The position numbers and the translations under genes were made by a program. Shown in pieces: positions 55,340-64,000 of a stretch of DNA of 64,000 nt; within the stretch, counting starts at the first letter, position 1, and every line of letters begins with the position of its first letter. The stretch lies in assembly GCA_000002435.2 (NCBI GenBank), contig CM018791.1, one strand, 5' to 3'. The notes under the pieces are model-generated. The model was not told where the DNA came from and did not search any database. It saw nothing but the letters and a program-made list of their open reading frames with translations. Source of the stretch: Giardia intestinalis. Taxonomy: Eukaryota.

Positions 55340-57040
55340 ATGAATTTGAAGGCTGCCAAGCAGCTTTTGAAGAATATCCAGGAGAAGGACGCGCTCGATT
55401 CTTGTAACAACTTCCTCGCTGCAAAGACCCAACTAGAGTATACAGAAGCTGCAAAAACCTACAAGGAGTACTTGGCCACAGATTACCGTTCATTGGATAA
55501 GCAAGCAACTGAGTTAATTCTGACCTTAGGAGTTCATGAGCCAGGCAAGGAAGCAGACCTGACTGCTGATCTCGTCTTGAAGGGCCTTGCAAAGCTTTCC
55601 AAGGAAGAGCGTGCCCTTCAAGCTGAGCTGGTATCACTTGTGGGTGGATACAGAACTGCGGCGACAGAACAAAAACTTACGACGCTCCTACAGATCAAGG
55701 ATAGGCCATCTAATATGTTCTATCCGTCTAGAGCCTTGTCTGGGGCTGAGTATCATGCATATGATATGAATCTCCTCAAGGTCTCTTGCGAAGCAGAAGG
55801 TCTCATAGGTCTGATTTTAGACAGCTCTAGCAAGATTACTATGTGTCCAGCAACGCTTAGCAAAGTGCTGTACATCAATTTGAATGATAGGAATGCAGTT
55901 CCACCAAAGATCTCGCCTTCGTCTTATTATTATGCGGCATTTGTGCGTCCATTTGGCGTCTACTTGGCTCGAAAATCAGCAAGCACCAACATTCAAGGCT
56001 TAAAGATGGCTTATTCGGCAGTGAAGAGGGTGTTCAGTACGTGGGTGGATCCCATCAAAAGAACGCTGCTATCGGTTAAGAGTAAGGTTCCTGATCAGCT
56101 GTCTTCTATTCAAGGGGCTATACAATCAGTTGACACATATCTATCTCTTATGGGTACTATTGGGTTGCGTTTTAGCCACTTGAAGACCACGCTTCATGAT
56201 ACTGCGGAGCTACTACAGGTAACAGAACAAGCAGATGAGCAGCTTCGGTACAATTTTGATACTTACTTAGACCGTGCCCTTGAACTGTACGAGCGCAGCA
56301 AAGCGCAAGTCGACTCTGTGAAGAGGGCCTCCAATCAACTTGCTGATGTAGAAAATACGGATCCTGATTCACAGGACACAGAGGCACACGGAGATGCTGT
56401 GATTCTAAAGGTGGCCAAAGATGTTAAAAAAGCCAAGCAGATTGCTCAATTCAAGGCACAAAAAGAAGCTGTACTTGATGCTCAGAATCGTACTGCAAGT
56501 GTGTCTGATAAATTACAGCAGGGAGCTATGCATGACATGGCGTCATACAGAGCTGGGATAATAGAGCTGCGGCAGAAGCTGCTCGAGCAGGAAAAGAAAA
56601 GACAAGCAGAGCTTCTTTTGCAATACGAGCGTGAGGAGAGAAAGCGTAGAGAAGCTGCAGAGGCCGATGCAGCTGCCGTTAGACCGCATGTCGAACGTAG
56701 CAAGGAGCGCGTCCTTGCACCAACAGAGGCTCTTCTGCGCAAACAAGCGGCAAATAGAGCTCGTGCACAGCTTCTGGCCAACGAAGGCGCAAGTAGGCTC
56801 TTTCAAACAGATCTCGCCATAGACGGAGAATTGGTTACAATGGCAGGCAAGAATGGAATTGTCAGGGATAACCAGGAAAATGCGATCTCCACCATAGCTT
56901 CTGAGCTCATGGCGCAGTACGGGATCTTGGGAACGCAGTACGCCCGCGATGCTCTGGCAGAGCTTCGTAGCCAGGAACTTGCTGCTAGGTTCCATCACTA
57001 CAGCATCCGCGATAGCGTTGCGAGTCTCTTTGGCAACTGA
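55340..57040 (+). CDS. hypothetical protein with C-terminal coiled-coil region (566 aa)
   Basis: ATG at 55340 preceded by ccccaaaaATG. Charged heptad-like C-terminal third (RQKLLEQEKKRQAELLLQYEREERKRRE...). Confidence 0.6.
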   Translation: MNLKAAKQLLKNIQEKDALDSCNNFLAAKTQLEYTEAAKTYKEYLATDYRSLDKQATELILTLGVHEPGKEADLTADLVLKGLAKLSKEERALQAELVSLVGGYRTAATEQKLTTLLQIKDRPSNMFYPSRALSGAEYHAYDMNLLKVSCEAEGLIGLILDSSSKITMCPATLSKVLYINLNDRNAVPPKISPSSYYYAAFVRPFGVYLARKSASTNIQGLKMAYSAVKRVFSTWVDPIKRTLLSVKSKVPDQLSSIQGAIQSVDTYLSLMGTIGLRFSHLKTTLHDTAELLQVTEQADEQLRYNFDTYLDRALELYERSKAQVDSVKRASNQLADVENTDPDSQDTEAHGDAVILKVAKDVKKAKQIAQFKAQKEAVLDAQNRTASVSDKLQQGAMHDMASYRAGIIELRQKLLEQEKKRQAELLLQYEREERKRREAAEADAAAVRPHVERSKERVLAPTEALLRKQAANRARAQLLANEGASRLFQTDLAIDGELVTMAGKNGIVRDNQENAISTIASELMAQYGILGTQYARDALAELRSQELAARFHHYSIRDSVASLFGN

Positions 57041-57069
57041 AACGTTTACATAAATAATCCCCAGCTACT

Positions 57070-59616
57070 TTACTGTGTGGTGATTGTGATGGGGTCATGG
57101 AGTTTAATATTCTCGGCCTTTGCATTAACCTCGCTGTTATAGTTGTTGGTGCGCGTCACGGAATCTTCTAACAGCTTCTTGGCCCTTGCACTGCAGTCGT
57201 CGATCTTCTTCATGACTTGGTCGATAGCTGTCGAGAGCTCGTGCATCTTCTCCGTTGTCGTGTTAATGACCAGGTCCATCTTCTCGTACTCATTGACAGG
57301 GGTCTTCTTTACGGAGCGGAACGAGGAGAGGATGTCGGAGTGCTGTGATATGATGGTCTGCTGAACCCCAACATCGTTGAGAAAGACCTCAAGAACTTCG
57401 CACATCTTAGAGACATCGGCAACCATCTCCTTGTACGCTGTCTTCACGCGTTCCTGGGCCCTCACAAGCGCTACTTTGCTATCCTTGGTTTCAGCCTTGT
57501 TGTAAATACTAGCCTCGTCCTCATCCAGGTCTATAAGCGTGCAGTTGTACTTGCCGAGGAGGAGCTCGTATGCTTGGGCTGCTAGACTGTATGCATATGT
57601 CACGAATTTTGGATGTGGCTGTTCAGCTGCATAGGCCTTCAAAAGTAGAGGTAGGGAGGTCGCCTTGCGTGCAAAAGACAGAGACTCGTAATCAACGTTT
57701 CCATTGTCTTCCACGTTATCTTCTGGCAGAAGCACGTCGATCTCAGGAAGGCGCATCTTATAGCCGAGAATCTGCTCGAACTTCCCAGACTCCCCCTCGA
57801 ATTTCTCGGCAGTAAATTCATCCTTGATCTTAACACACGTAAGTCCTATATCCTTGAAGGTCATCTCTAGGTCCTTGCATGACTTGAGAAAGACAACTAG
57901 AATTCCCTGGAAGTCATGCGAATTCCAGTATTTGGATGTGTACTTCTTAGTACGCTCCTGATCTGAGGTCTGAAGTGACGTTGTATTCTGAATTGCTGTT
58001 TTAAGATTTTGGTACGCTAGCGGGAACTTTCCTGTCTGAGCGACGGCCTCTGAAAACTCCTTGTATTTCTGCTTGAACTCCTCCGTGTCCTTTTTAAAAA
58101 CAGTGAGGCGAGAGAGAAGCTTTGCTGCTCTCGGGTTGTCGGTTGAAACGACGGCTTCCTCAATAGGATCCAGGGGGCACGGAAGGTGATTTGCAAAAAC
58201 GTTGTGCACAAGGAAGAAGCACTTTTTGACCTCCTTATTCGTTTCTGCTGCGCATATTGTTGCACAGGTTTTCGCCAAGGCAAGATTCCGCTCTGAGACA
58301 GTGGATCTCTGTTTCTTTTCTGTAGCAATAAGCTCATCTAAGTACTCCGCCAGTTTGGCATATGTCGCTGGAGCATCAGATGGGAGATCCTCATGAATGA
58401 GAGCACGAAACGCGGATCCGAGCTCAGTATTGCCGATCTTTGGCAAATCTCTTCCCACTTTAGAATATGTTTCCAGAACCAGCTTACGCTTCTCAGAAGA
58501 TAGATCAATAAGGGCGTCTGGCATCGCGGGCTTTAGACCAGTGCATGCAGAGCTGATTGCATCCAAGTACTTTGAAATCTGGCTGATCAAATCCTCCAGG
58601 GCGTGCTTCATCCCATACTTCTTGTAAGGGTCTGACAGAGGAGCCTTTTCCAGCTCCCTACAACTAGCTTGGGCCATATCCTTCGCCTCTGTGAACGCGT
58701 CCAGAGCCTCCTTGTACTTGGCATCTGTTCGCATGCAGAGGCCCACATAGTAGTAGGCAAAGGAGTAGTAGTAGGCGCGTTTATACACAACTAGCGCAAT
58801 TACAACCGGCTCAAGCACCTTCTTCAATTCTTTGTGAGCATCCAACAGGTGATCGGCCACCTTGTAGTAATGAACGGCTGCTCGCGATAGAGAACAGATG
58901 GTGGCAAACAGTGCTTGGTTCCCTATGCGTGTAAGCGTTCTCAAGGCATCGGGAATCTTGGCTCTCAATACAGACTCGAAAGCCATTCCAGTGTAGAGGT
59001 TCTCTAGGACCTCGAAGAAGCTGACAGTGTACTCTAGATCCATGAGATTGTGAATGGCCTGAGGAAGACTTCCGATAAACTTGGCTGCACTCTTGAAATA
59101 GTAGGCTGCACGCAAGAAGTGAGAGCGTCGAGACGCACACTGCTCTGTGTACTCGCTTGTAGCATGGTCGGACACCTGCATAGTCACCGCCTGGACCCCG
59201 AGAGTCACCTCATAAGCACCCATGTTGTAAAGAGCATTGAGGACATCCACATGGGCACACGGACCGCCAGAGGCAGACTTCTTCATGCCCACCGTGGACC
59301 AAGTAATAGGCATATTGGTTACCTTCTTGGACAGGGCTGGAGCCGTCCAGGCGACATTCATGGCCGGGATATAGGCCGCTGCATACAGCTCAAAGCAACG
59401 ATCAATAAATCCTCCAGTAGCTGGAGAGAGCCCTCCCGCGGAAAAGAACTTGCGAAGACGTTCTATCTCCGTCACAGAATCTATAATGGCCTGCACGTTG
59501 GATGAGCCCCTCTGCTTTGCGAGATCTAGCAAAGTAGTGTATATGCCGGATTCAGACCCCGTCTGCCGCACGCTTATGGTCGGATAGACGCTGTCAGAAA
59601 AAGCTACACCTAGCAT
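57070..59616 (-). CDS. hypothetical protein (848 aa), with a possible BRO1-like helical N-terminal domain
   Basis: ATG at 59616 preceded by ttttaaaaATG on the minus strand. Tyr- and Ala-rich helical hairpin segments (AAYYFKSAAKF, YYYSFAYYYVGLCMRTDAKYKEALDAF) are reminiscent of Bro1/ALIX, but I cannot establish homology without an HMM search. Confidence 0.55.
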   Translation of the reverse strand: MLGVAFSDSVYPTISVRQTGSESGIYTTLLDLAKQRGSSNVQAIIDSVTEIERLRKFFSAGGLSPATGGFIDRCFELYAAAYIPAMNVAWTAPALSKKVTNMPITWSTVGMKKSASGGPCAHVDVLNALYNMGAYEVTLGVQAVTMQVSDHATSEYTEQCASRRSHFLRAAYYFKSAAKFIGSLPQAIHNLMDLEYTVSFFEVLENLYTGMAFESVLRAKIPDALRTLTRIGNQALFATICSLSRAAVHYYKVADHLLDAHKELKKVLEPVVIALVVYKRAYYYSFAYYYVGLCMRTDAKYKEALDAFTEAKDMAQASCRELEKAPLSDPYKKYGMKHALEDLISQISKYLDAISSACTGLKPAMPDALIDLSSEKRKLVLETYSKVGRDLPKIGNTELGSAFRALIHEDLPSDAPATYAKLAEYLDELIATEKKQRSTVSERNLALAKTCATICAAETNKEVKKCFFLVHNVFANHLPCPLDPIEEAVVSTDNPRAAKLLSRLTVFKKDTEEFKQKYKEFSEAVAQTGKFPLAYQNLKTAIQNTTSLQTSDQERTKKYTSKYWNSHDFQGILVVFLKSCKDLEMTFKDIGLTCVKIKDEFTAEKFEGESGKFEQILGYKMRLPEIDVLLPEDNVEDNGNVDYESLSFARKATSLPLLLKAYAAEQPHPKFVTYAYSLAAQAYELLLGKYNCTLIDLDEDEASIYNKAETKDSKVALVRAQERVKTAYKEMVADVSKMCEVLEVFLNDVGVQQTIISQHSDILSSFRSVKKTPVNEYEKMDLVINTTTEKMHELSTAIDQVMKKIDDCSARAKKLLEDSVTRTNNYNSEVNAKAENIKLHDPITITTQ

Positions 59617-59678
59617 TTTTAAAACCAGTGAGCTCTATGTGATTGTGGTATTCAAAGGTGTTTACAAAAGTGTTTAGA

Positions 59679-60329
59679 CTAGTAGTCCAGACCCCCATCT
59701 TCCCAAGGCTCGTCGTCTAGGATACTCTCATCTGCTAATTGCATCTCCGGACAATTAAACAGCAGGTCCGTAAAATTATCGTCGAGGTCGTCAGGTTTCG
59801 CTTCATCCATGGCCATCATCCACCAGCACGTCCCCACAATGAGTATGACAAGAAGTACGACAGTCCAGATGGTTAAGTTGCGGTTCATTTGCGATGCATG
59901 AGTTAGTCTTGGAAGAACAAATGTGATTGTGTTGTCACTTACACAGGTATTGTCTGGTGGAGACATTGTCTTGACGTAATGAAGAAGGTAATCCGAGCGA
60001 AACCCTCCTACAATACCTATCGTCGAAAATGATCGACACTTGCTCGTTCCTAGATTCTGAACTAAGGAATTTGCTGCGTATGAGCCCAAGTCGAGGAAGC
60101 GCAGGCACGAACTCATCTTGAAGTAGTTTGATCTGTTAACTGTAGAGAGGAGATCGCCATCAGATGGCAGCCCAGCGGCCTCCATAACCGCGTGTGTCAA
60201 GAGAGACCGGTTAAAAACCTGTTCTTGTGCAATGTTAAGGATCTCTGATGGATCGCATATGGATACCTTTGCTTTAGATGCTTCTCCAATAGCGAGGAAG
60301 AGAAAGAGAATACCGAGGGTAGCTGACAT
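59679..60329 (-). CDS. small type I membrane protein, hypothetical (216 aa)
   Basis: ATG at 60329, only 9 bp downstream of the NEK stop codon. Signal peptide MSATLGILFLFLAIGEA. Transmembrane segment LTIWTVVLLVILIVGTCWWMMAM near the C-terminus, followed by an acidic tail. Confidence 0.5.
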   Translation of the reverse strand: MSATLGILFLFLAIGEASKAKVSICDPSEILNIAQEQVFNRSLLTHAVMEAAGLPSDGDLLSTVNRSNYFKMSSCLRFLDLGSYAANSLVQNLGTSKCRSFSTIGIVGGFRSDYLLHYVKTMSPPDNTCVSDNTITFVLPRLTHASQMNRNLTIWTVVLLVILIVGTCWWMMAMDEAKPDDLDDNFTDLLFNCPEMQLADESILDDEPWEDGGLDY

Positions 60330-60338
60330 TTGTATCGT

Positions 60339-62663
60339 TTAATATTTTTTGGGCTTGGGGTTGTCTGTCCCGACAGAGGGCTCGGCCCCAAGGCAAGCGA
60401 TAATTTCATCACGTACTTGAGGGGACGCATACTCCATTTCACGGGCAATATCTACGGCTGTTCGACCCGCCTTAGATGCCAGGGTTCCCTCGTATGGGAC
60501 TAACATTCGTGCAAACTGAACATTTCCGTGTGCTACAGCGTGCATCAAAGATGAGTACCCTGTTTTGTCCAACTGCCCTGTCTCCGCACTGAGGAGCAAT
60601 GCAGCAACTGCACAGGAGTTGACCATTCCAGCGTACATTAACGCTGTGGTCCCAATGGAATCCTTACCACAGAGCTGACCTGCTTGTATGTATCTTTTTG
60701 CAGCGCGAATATCGTTCTTCAATGCAGCAATCATAAGATTGGTAAGCTTTGCTTGGTCTCCCTCATAGTCCATGAGCATGTCAACACAAGCGAGACACCC
60801 CCACTCTGCAGCAAACTGTACCGCACGGCGGCCATCGCTAGCCACCAAGTTACATTCAACTGAAGCAAGAACCTTGACAATCTCCGGGTAATTCCACTGG
60901 GCTGCATACATGAGTGCCGTCAGGCCCTCTTTCGTTTGCTTCCCGCTCAGTTCCTTCTTGAGGATCTGGGCGGCCTTTTCCTGGCCATTCATGGCAGCCA
61001 CCATGAGAGCTGTTTGCCCTGTAGCAGTGCAAATGGCTACTTCTTTGGCTGCGAGGATCCTCATAATATTGCTATGCCCACGCTGAGTCGCAGACATAAG
61101 GGCTGTCCACCCGTTAGCCTTTTGCAAACCAGCCTCATGTTTGAGTAGTAGCTGGACAATCTCACTATGCCCACACTCTGCTGCTATCATTAAAGCAGTG
61201 CTTCCGCTACAAAGCCTCATGCCAGCTTCATATTGTGCTAATAATGACGTACACTTAGAGCTATTGTACTGGGCGGCAAACATCATAGCTGTTCTACCTT
61301 GCCTATTTTGCATACCTGCCTCGAACTCAAGTAACTGCTCGACGACGTTTTCGTTGTCTTGTTGAGCGGCCAGCATAAGAGCCGATGTCCCCTCACTATC
61401 TACTAAGCCTGCCTCATATTCAGCGAGGAGCTCAACGCAATCGCTGAACCCATACCAGGCAGCTACCATTAAGGCGCTGGCTCCTTCAATAGAAATACTT
61501 TGCTTTTTGTCTTTTGTGATAAGCTTTACTGGCGATATGCACTGCATTCCGGCTTCGTTAATGTACCTTGGTATATCATTATATAAGTTCCTTTCTACGG
61601 ACTCTATCAAAGATGTTTTTGACGGGTGCAGAACAGCATCCTTTCTTACACGGGTGGACTGTATTGTAGTTTTAATGCTGTCTTGCTCTCTGGCATCGTT
61701 TGGACAAGGCTCCTCCAAATTTGTATCCACAGAAGAAGCTTTATTGTCAGTCTCTACATCCATTTCTTCCAACCAGTTCTCAGGCTTTTGAGTGTATGGT
61801 TGCTCGGTGGGTGAAGATGCTTCCACTGTCTGGGCAGGGTCATCAGTTAGAAAAGCCGTGTTTCGCTGCACATTAACCACCTGTGGATGACTAAGTATCT
61901 CCTCTGCAGTTGGTCTAGCATTGCTGTCCAGCTGAAGGCATGATCTGATCAGCGTGGCCAGGTCCTCTGAGTAATACGTGGTATCAATTGTGATTTGTGG
62001 GTTGTCCTTGAGGTGTTCAGTACTCCAAGGAATTGGTTTAAGTGTACAGATCTCCAGGATGATGCACCCTAAGGACCAGATGTCTGCAGCAGTTCCGTAA
62101 AAGTCTCCTCGCTGAACCTCTGGGGCCATGTACACAGGGGTCCCCGTGCACGTTGTCATTCGAGACTTGCCGCTTGTTTCTCGGGCAAGCCCAAAGTCTC
62201 CCAGCTTTATGTGTGTGTCAGTAAACAGAATGTTCCCCGGCTTTAGGTCTCTATGAACAATTGTGCTGCTGGTGATGGATTGGCTGTGCATATAAGCCAA
62301 ACCATTGACAATCTGCCCTATCACATACCAAATGTACGGCTCCTGAAAAGGGTACCCCAAATAGCGTTGCGACCGGATGACATCTTCCAAGGACTGGTCG
62401 CAGAGCTCCATCTCCAAAAGATAATAGTATTCATCTTTACGTATAGTTTTGTATTTCAAGATATTTGGATGATCGAGCTTCTGCGCCGTGCTGAATTCCT
62501 GCTCTATCTTGTCGAGGAGATTGTCTGTCAAATAGTATAGATCTATCTCCTTTACTGCCACTAGCTCGCCTGTATCTTTAGAGTATGCCCTGTAGACCTT
62601 CCCAAAGCTGCCGGAATCGATGTATTCGGGGCTGTCATAGTACTCCCCCAAGCTCGTTGACAT
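60339..62663 (-). CDS. NEK-family serine/threonine protein kinase with C-terminal ankyrin-repeat array (Giardia-type NEK-ankyrin protein)
   Basis: The track start at 62699 is TTG; the first ATG is at 62663 (MSTSLGEYYDS...). Kinase motifs: GSFGKVYRA, VAVKEI, HRDLKPGNIL, DFGLA and GTPVYMAPE. Followed by at least 9 ankyrin-like repeats of the form (T/S)ALM.AA..(G/N)....V..LL. Confidence 0.85.
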   Translation of the reverse strand: MSTSLGEYYDSPEYIDSGSFGKVYRAYSKDTGELVAVKEIDLYYLTDNLLDKIEQEFSTAQKLDHPNILKYKTIRKDEYYYLLEMELCDQSLEDVIRSQRYLGYPFQEPYIWYVIGQIVNGLAYMHSQSITSSTIVHRDLKPGNILFTDTHIKLGDFGLARETSGKSRMTTCTGTPVYMAPEVQRGDFYGTAADIWSLGCIILEICTLKPIPWSTEHLKDNPQITIDTTYYSEDLATLIRSCLQLDSNARPTAEEILSHPQVVNVQRNTAFLTDDPAQTVEASSPTEQPYTQKPENWLEEMDVETDNKASSVDTNLEEPCPNDAREQDSIKTTIQSTRVRKDAVLHPSKTSLIESVERNLYNDIPRYINEAGMQCISPVKLITKDKKQSISIEGASALMVAAWYGFSDCVELLAEYEAGLVDSEGTSALMLAAQQDNENVVEQLLEFEAGMQNRQGRTAMMFAAQYNSSKCTSLLAQYEAGMRLCSGSTALMIAAECGHSEIVQLLLKHEAGLQKANGWTALMSATQRGHSNIMRILAAKEVAICTATGQTALMVAAMNGQEKAAQILKKELSGKQTKEGLTALMYAAQWNYPEIVKVLASVECNLVASDGRRAVQFAAEWGCLACVDMLMDYEGDQAKLTNLMIAALKNDIRAAKRYIQAGQLCGKDSIGTTALMYAGMVNSCAVAALLLSAETGQLDKTGYSSLMHAVAHGNVQFARMLVPYEGTLASKAGRTAVDIAREMEYASPQVRDEIIACLGAEPSVGTDNPKPKKY

Positions 62664-62879
62664 TTTTCTCTGGTCAGAACGAAAAAATCTGCTGAACAAT
62701 CGAGCTATAATTCACTGGATAAAGCACATTACTGTGATGGATGCAACGTAGCAATACTAGATCCATCTTAGCTCATCGCGTGTCCATCATTTCCAACCCT
62801 TAAAGCCGAACCTCTCTTTCTGAGTCTGCGGGGTCGTTAATTGCTGAAAAGTCTTGTATGCAGAAAGACCAGGGGAGAA

Positions 62880-63644
62880 CTAGAGTCCCGTTATGCAGCT
62901 GACTGGGTCAATTGATCCATACTCCATGCGCCGCGCTATACTTTGAATATCTACTAACGCCACACCCTTATCTGTCAAGTAACAGTGTTCAGCAGAAATC
63001 AGATCCAGCTCGGAGATGATGCGTAGATGATCATAGTCATATTGGAGTCGTTCTTGTTGCGTGGGGTAGCGCTTGGTCCTCATGTGCCAATCGGGATTGA
63101 GCACGGCATCTATTCTATCGTGAATGCCCTCTCCCTCCAATAGATGTGGATTGCGTGGACGTCTATTCTGCTTCAGCCGCTCCCGAAGATGCTCACAATA
63201 CGACATAGTGCATCCAGTAGATCTACTTAGCAACCCCTCTTTCCGCTGAGTGGTGGTCGAAGATGGGATGCATGCAATGGACTTAGATAGCGAGAAAGGA
63301 GAAGTGACGCTATCTTCCCTGCCCTTTCTAGTTGGTTGGAGGCCTTGTGACGGCTTGTTTAGTCTTGGTTTAGACGTTGTGAGGTGGATGGGAGCTTCAA
63401 CAGGAACGAATGGGGCTACAAGCCCATGCACAATAGGATTATTATCTCTATTATGCGGATGATCCTCCTGCTGATCAGACAATATCTGCTCAAAAGCATC
63501 TGTGGCTATAGACTTGTGTGCATCTTCACGGGTACAGGACTCATCATCATTATTCGGAGCTTTGCAACATGCGGTGCTATGCAATAGTGCAGGTGATGCA
63601 TTATTCTCCTGCCACGGTGTAGTGTGAAGCTCTCCAGTTTCCAT
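62880..63644 (-). CDS. hypothetical protein (254 aa)
   Basis: ATG at 63644. Moderately protein-like. No recognised motif. Confidence 0.4.
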   Translation of the reverse strand: METGELHTTPWQENNASPALLHSTACCKAPNNDDESCTREDAHKSIATDAFEQILSDQQEDHPHNRDNNPIVHGLVAPFVPVEAPIHLTTSKPRLNKPSQGLQPTRKGREDSVTSPFSLSKSIACIPSSTTTQRKEGLLSRSTGCTMSYCEHLRERLKQNRRPRNPHLLEGEGIHDRIDAVLNPDWHMRTKRYPTQQERLQYDYDHLRIISELDLISAEHCYLTDKGVALVDIQSIARRMEYGSIDPVSCITGL

Positions 63645-64000
63645 CAGGAAATTGCAATTTTTTAGGACTCCGCGAAATTGGGGCTATCTATTCCGCCCTC
63701 CGGAGTCTTTCAAAAGGCCGGGCAAATACGTTATCAGGTTGAGCATACACATTCTAATAGTCATCATAATAGCCATCAGATTGAAACAAACCAATGGATT
63801 ATCGCTTTGGTGAGATTGCCTGGTACGATTATAAGTACGATCGATTGGGTGCTTCTTTAAAATTAACGCCACCATGACATGCCTCACTATGCCTATATTT
63901 CTTAGAAAAGCCTTAGAAGAAACCTTGCGGTTAAACTCAACTAGCATGAAGCTTTTAGTCTTCTGAGCAGCATTGAGTTATGGCTTCCTCATAACATTCT

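Noticed and set aside
57041-57069. A 29-bp convergent spacer with an imperfect palindrome, tttacataaa, as a possible terminator hairpin.
   Set aside because: The stem would be AT-only and very weak. Rho-independent terminators are not expected in this eukaryote. It is more likely near-matches to the poly(A) heptamer (TGTAAAC on the minus strand).
1-64000. A prokaryotic interpretation of the window (operons, Shine-Dalgarno sites, defence islands, integrons).
   Set aside because: The gene content is eukaryotic throughout: kinesin, a NEK kinase with ankyrin repeats, an RDR-family RdRP and a CRGKA-tailed VSP. There is no consistent RBS spacing, and gene sizes reach 2-7.6 kb.

Overview
This window looks like nuclear DNA from Giardia intestinalis or a very close diplomonad relative. 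It is intronless and gene-dense, with intergenic spacers of 9-90 bp, AT-rich sequence directly upstream of ATG start codons, and AGTAAAY poly(A) signals at or overlapping stop codons. The two largest genes encode cysteine-rich surface proteins. The first (6264-10523, +) is a variant-specific surface protein (VSP) with the diagnostic C-terminal transmembrane segment followed by CRGKA; most of its length is about 14.8 nucleotide-identical tandem copies of a 192-bp (64-aa, 8-Cys) unit. The second (43519-51138, +) is a 2539-aa high-cysteine membrane protein (HCMP) with at least 9 degenerate GGCY modules and no CRGKA tail. Between and around them are: an RDR-family RNA-dependent RNA polymerase (RdRP) with an intact DLDGD catalytic motif (15703-21708, -); an NDP-forming acyl-CoA synthetase-family protein with the ATP-grasp domain first (24305-27013, +); a kinesin with an atypical P-loop (31486-34605, +); an M49 dipeptidyl-peptidase III (DPP III) (34931-37036, +); a WCPPCR tryparedoxin/nucleoredoxin-like membrane-anchored thioredoxin-fold (Trx) protein (39579-40214, -); a class-3 lipase (41008-43170, -); a NEK kinase with Giardia-type ankyrin repeats (60339-62663, -); a long heptad-rich coiled-coil protein (12070-15642, +); a Myb/SANT-like protein; a split metallophosphoesterase-like protein; and several hypothetical proteins. 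I also infer a partial gene (1-2085, -) that is absent from the ORF track because it runs off the window edge without a stop codon. The ORF track uses GTG/TTG as starts in several places, so I moved those starts to the first in-frame ATG. Many long antisense ORFs inside the repeat array, the GC-rich HCMP and the coiled-coil gene are artefacts. There are no rRNA, tRNA or CRISPR features, and I cannot support any mobile element. The two long non-coding stretches in the window flank the VSP gene.
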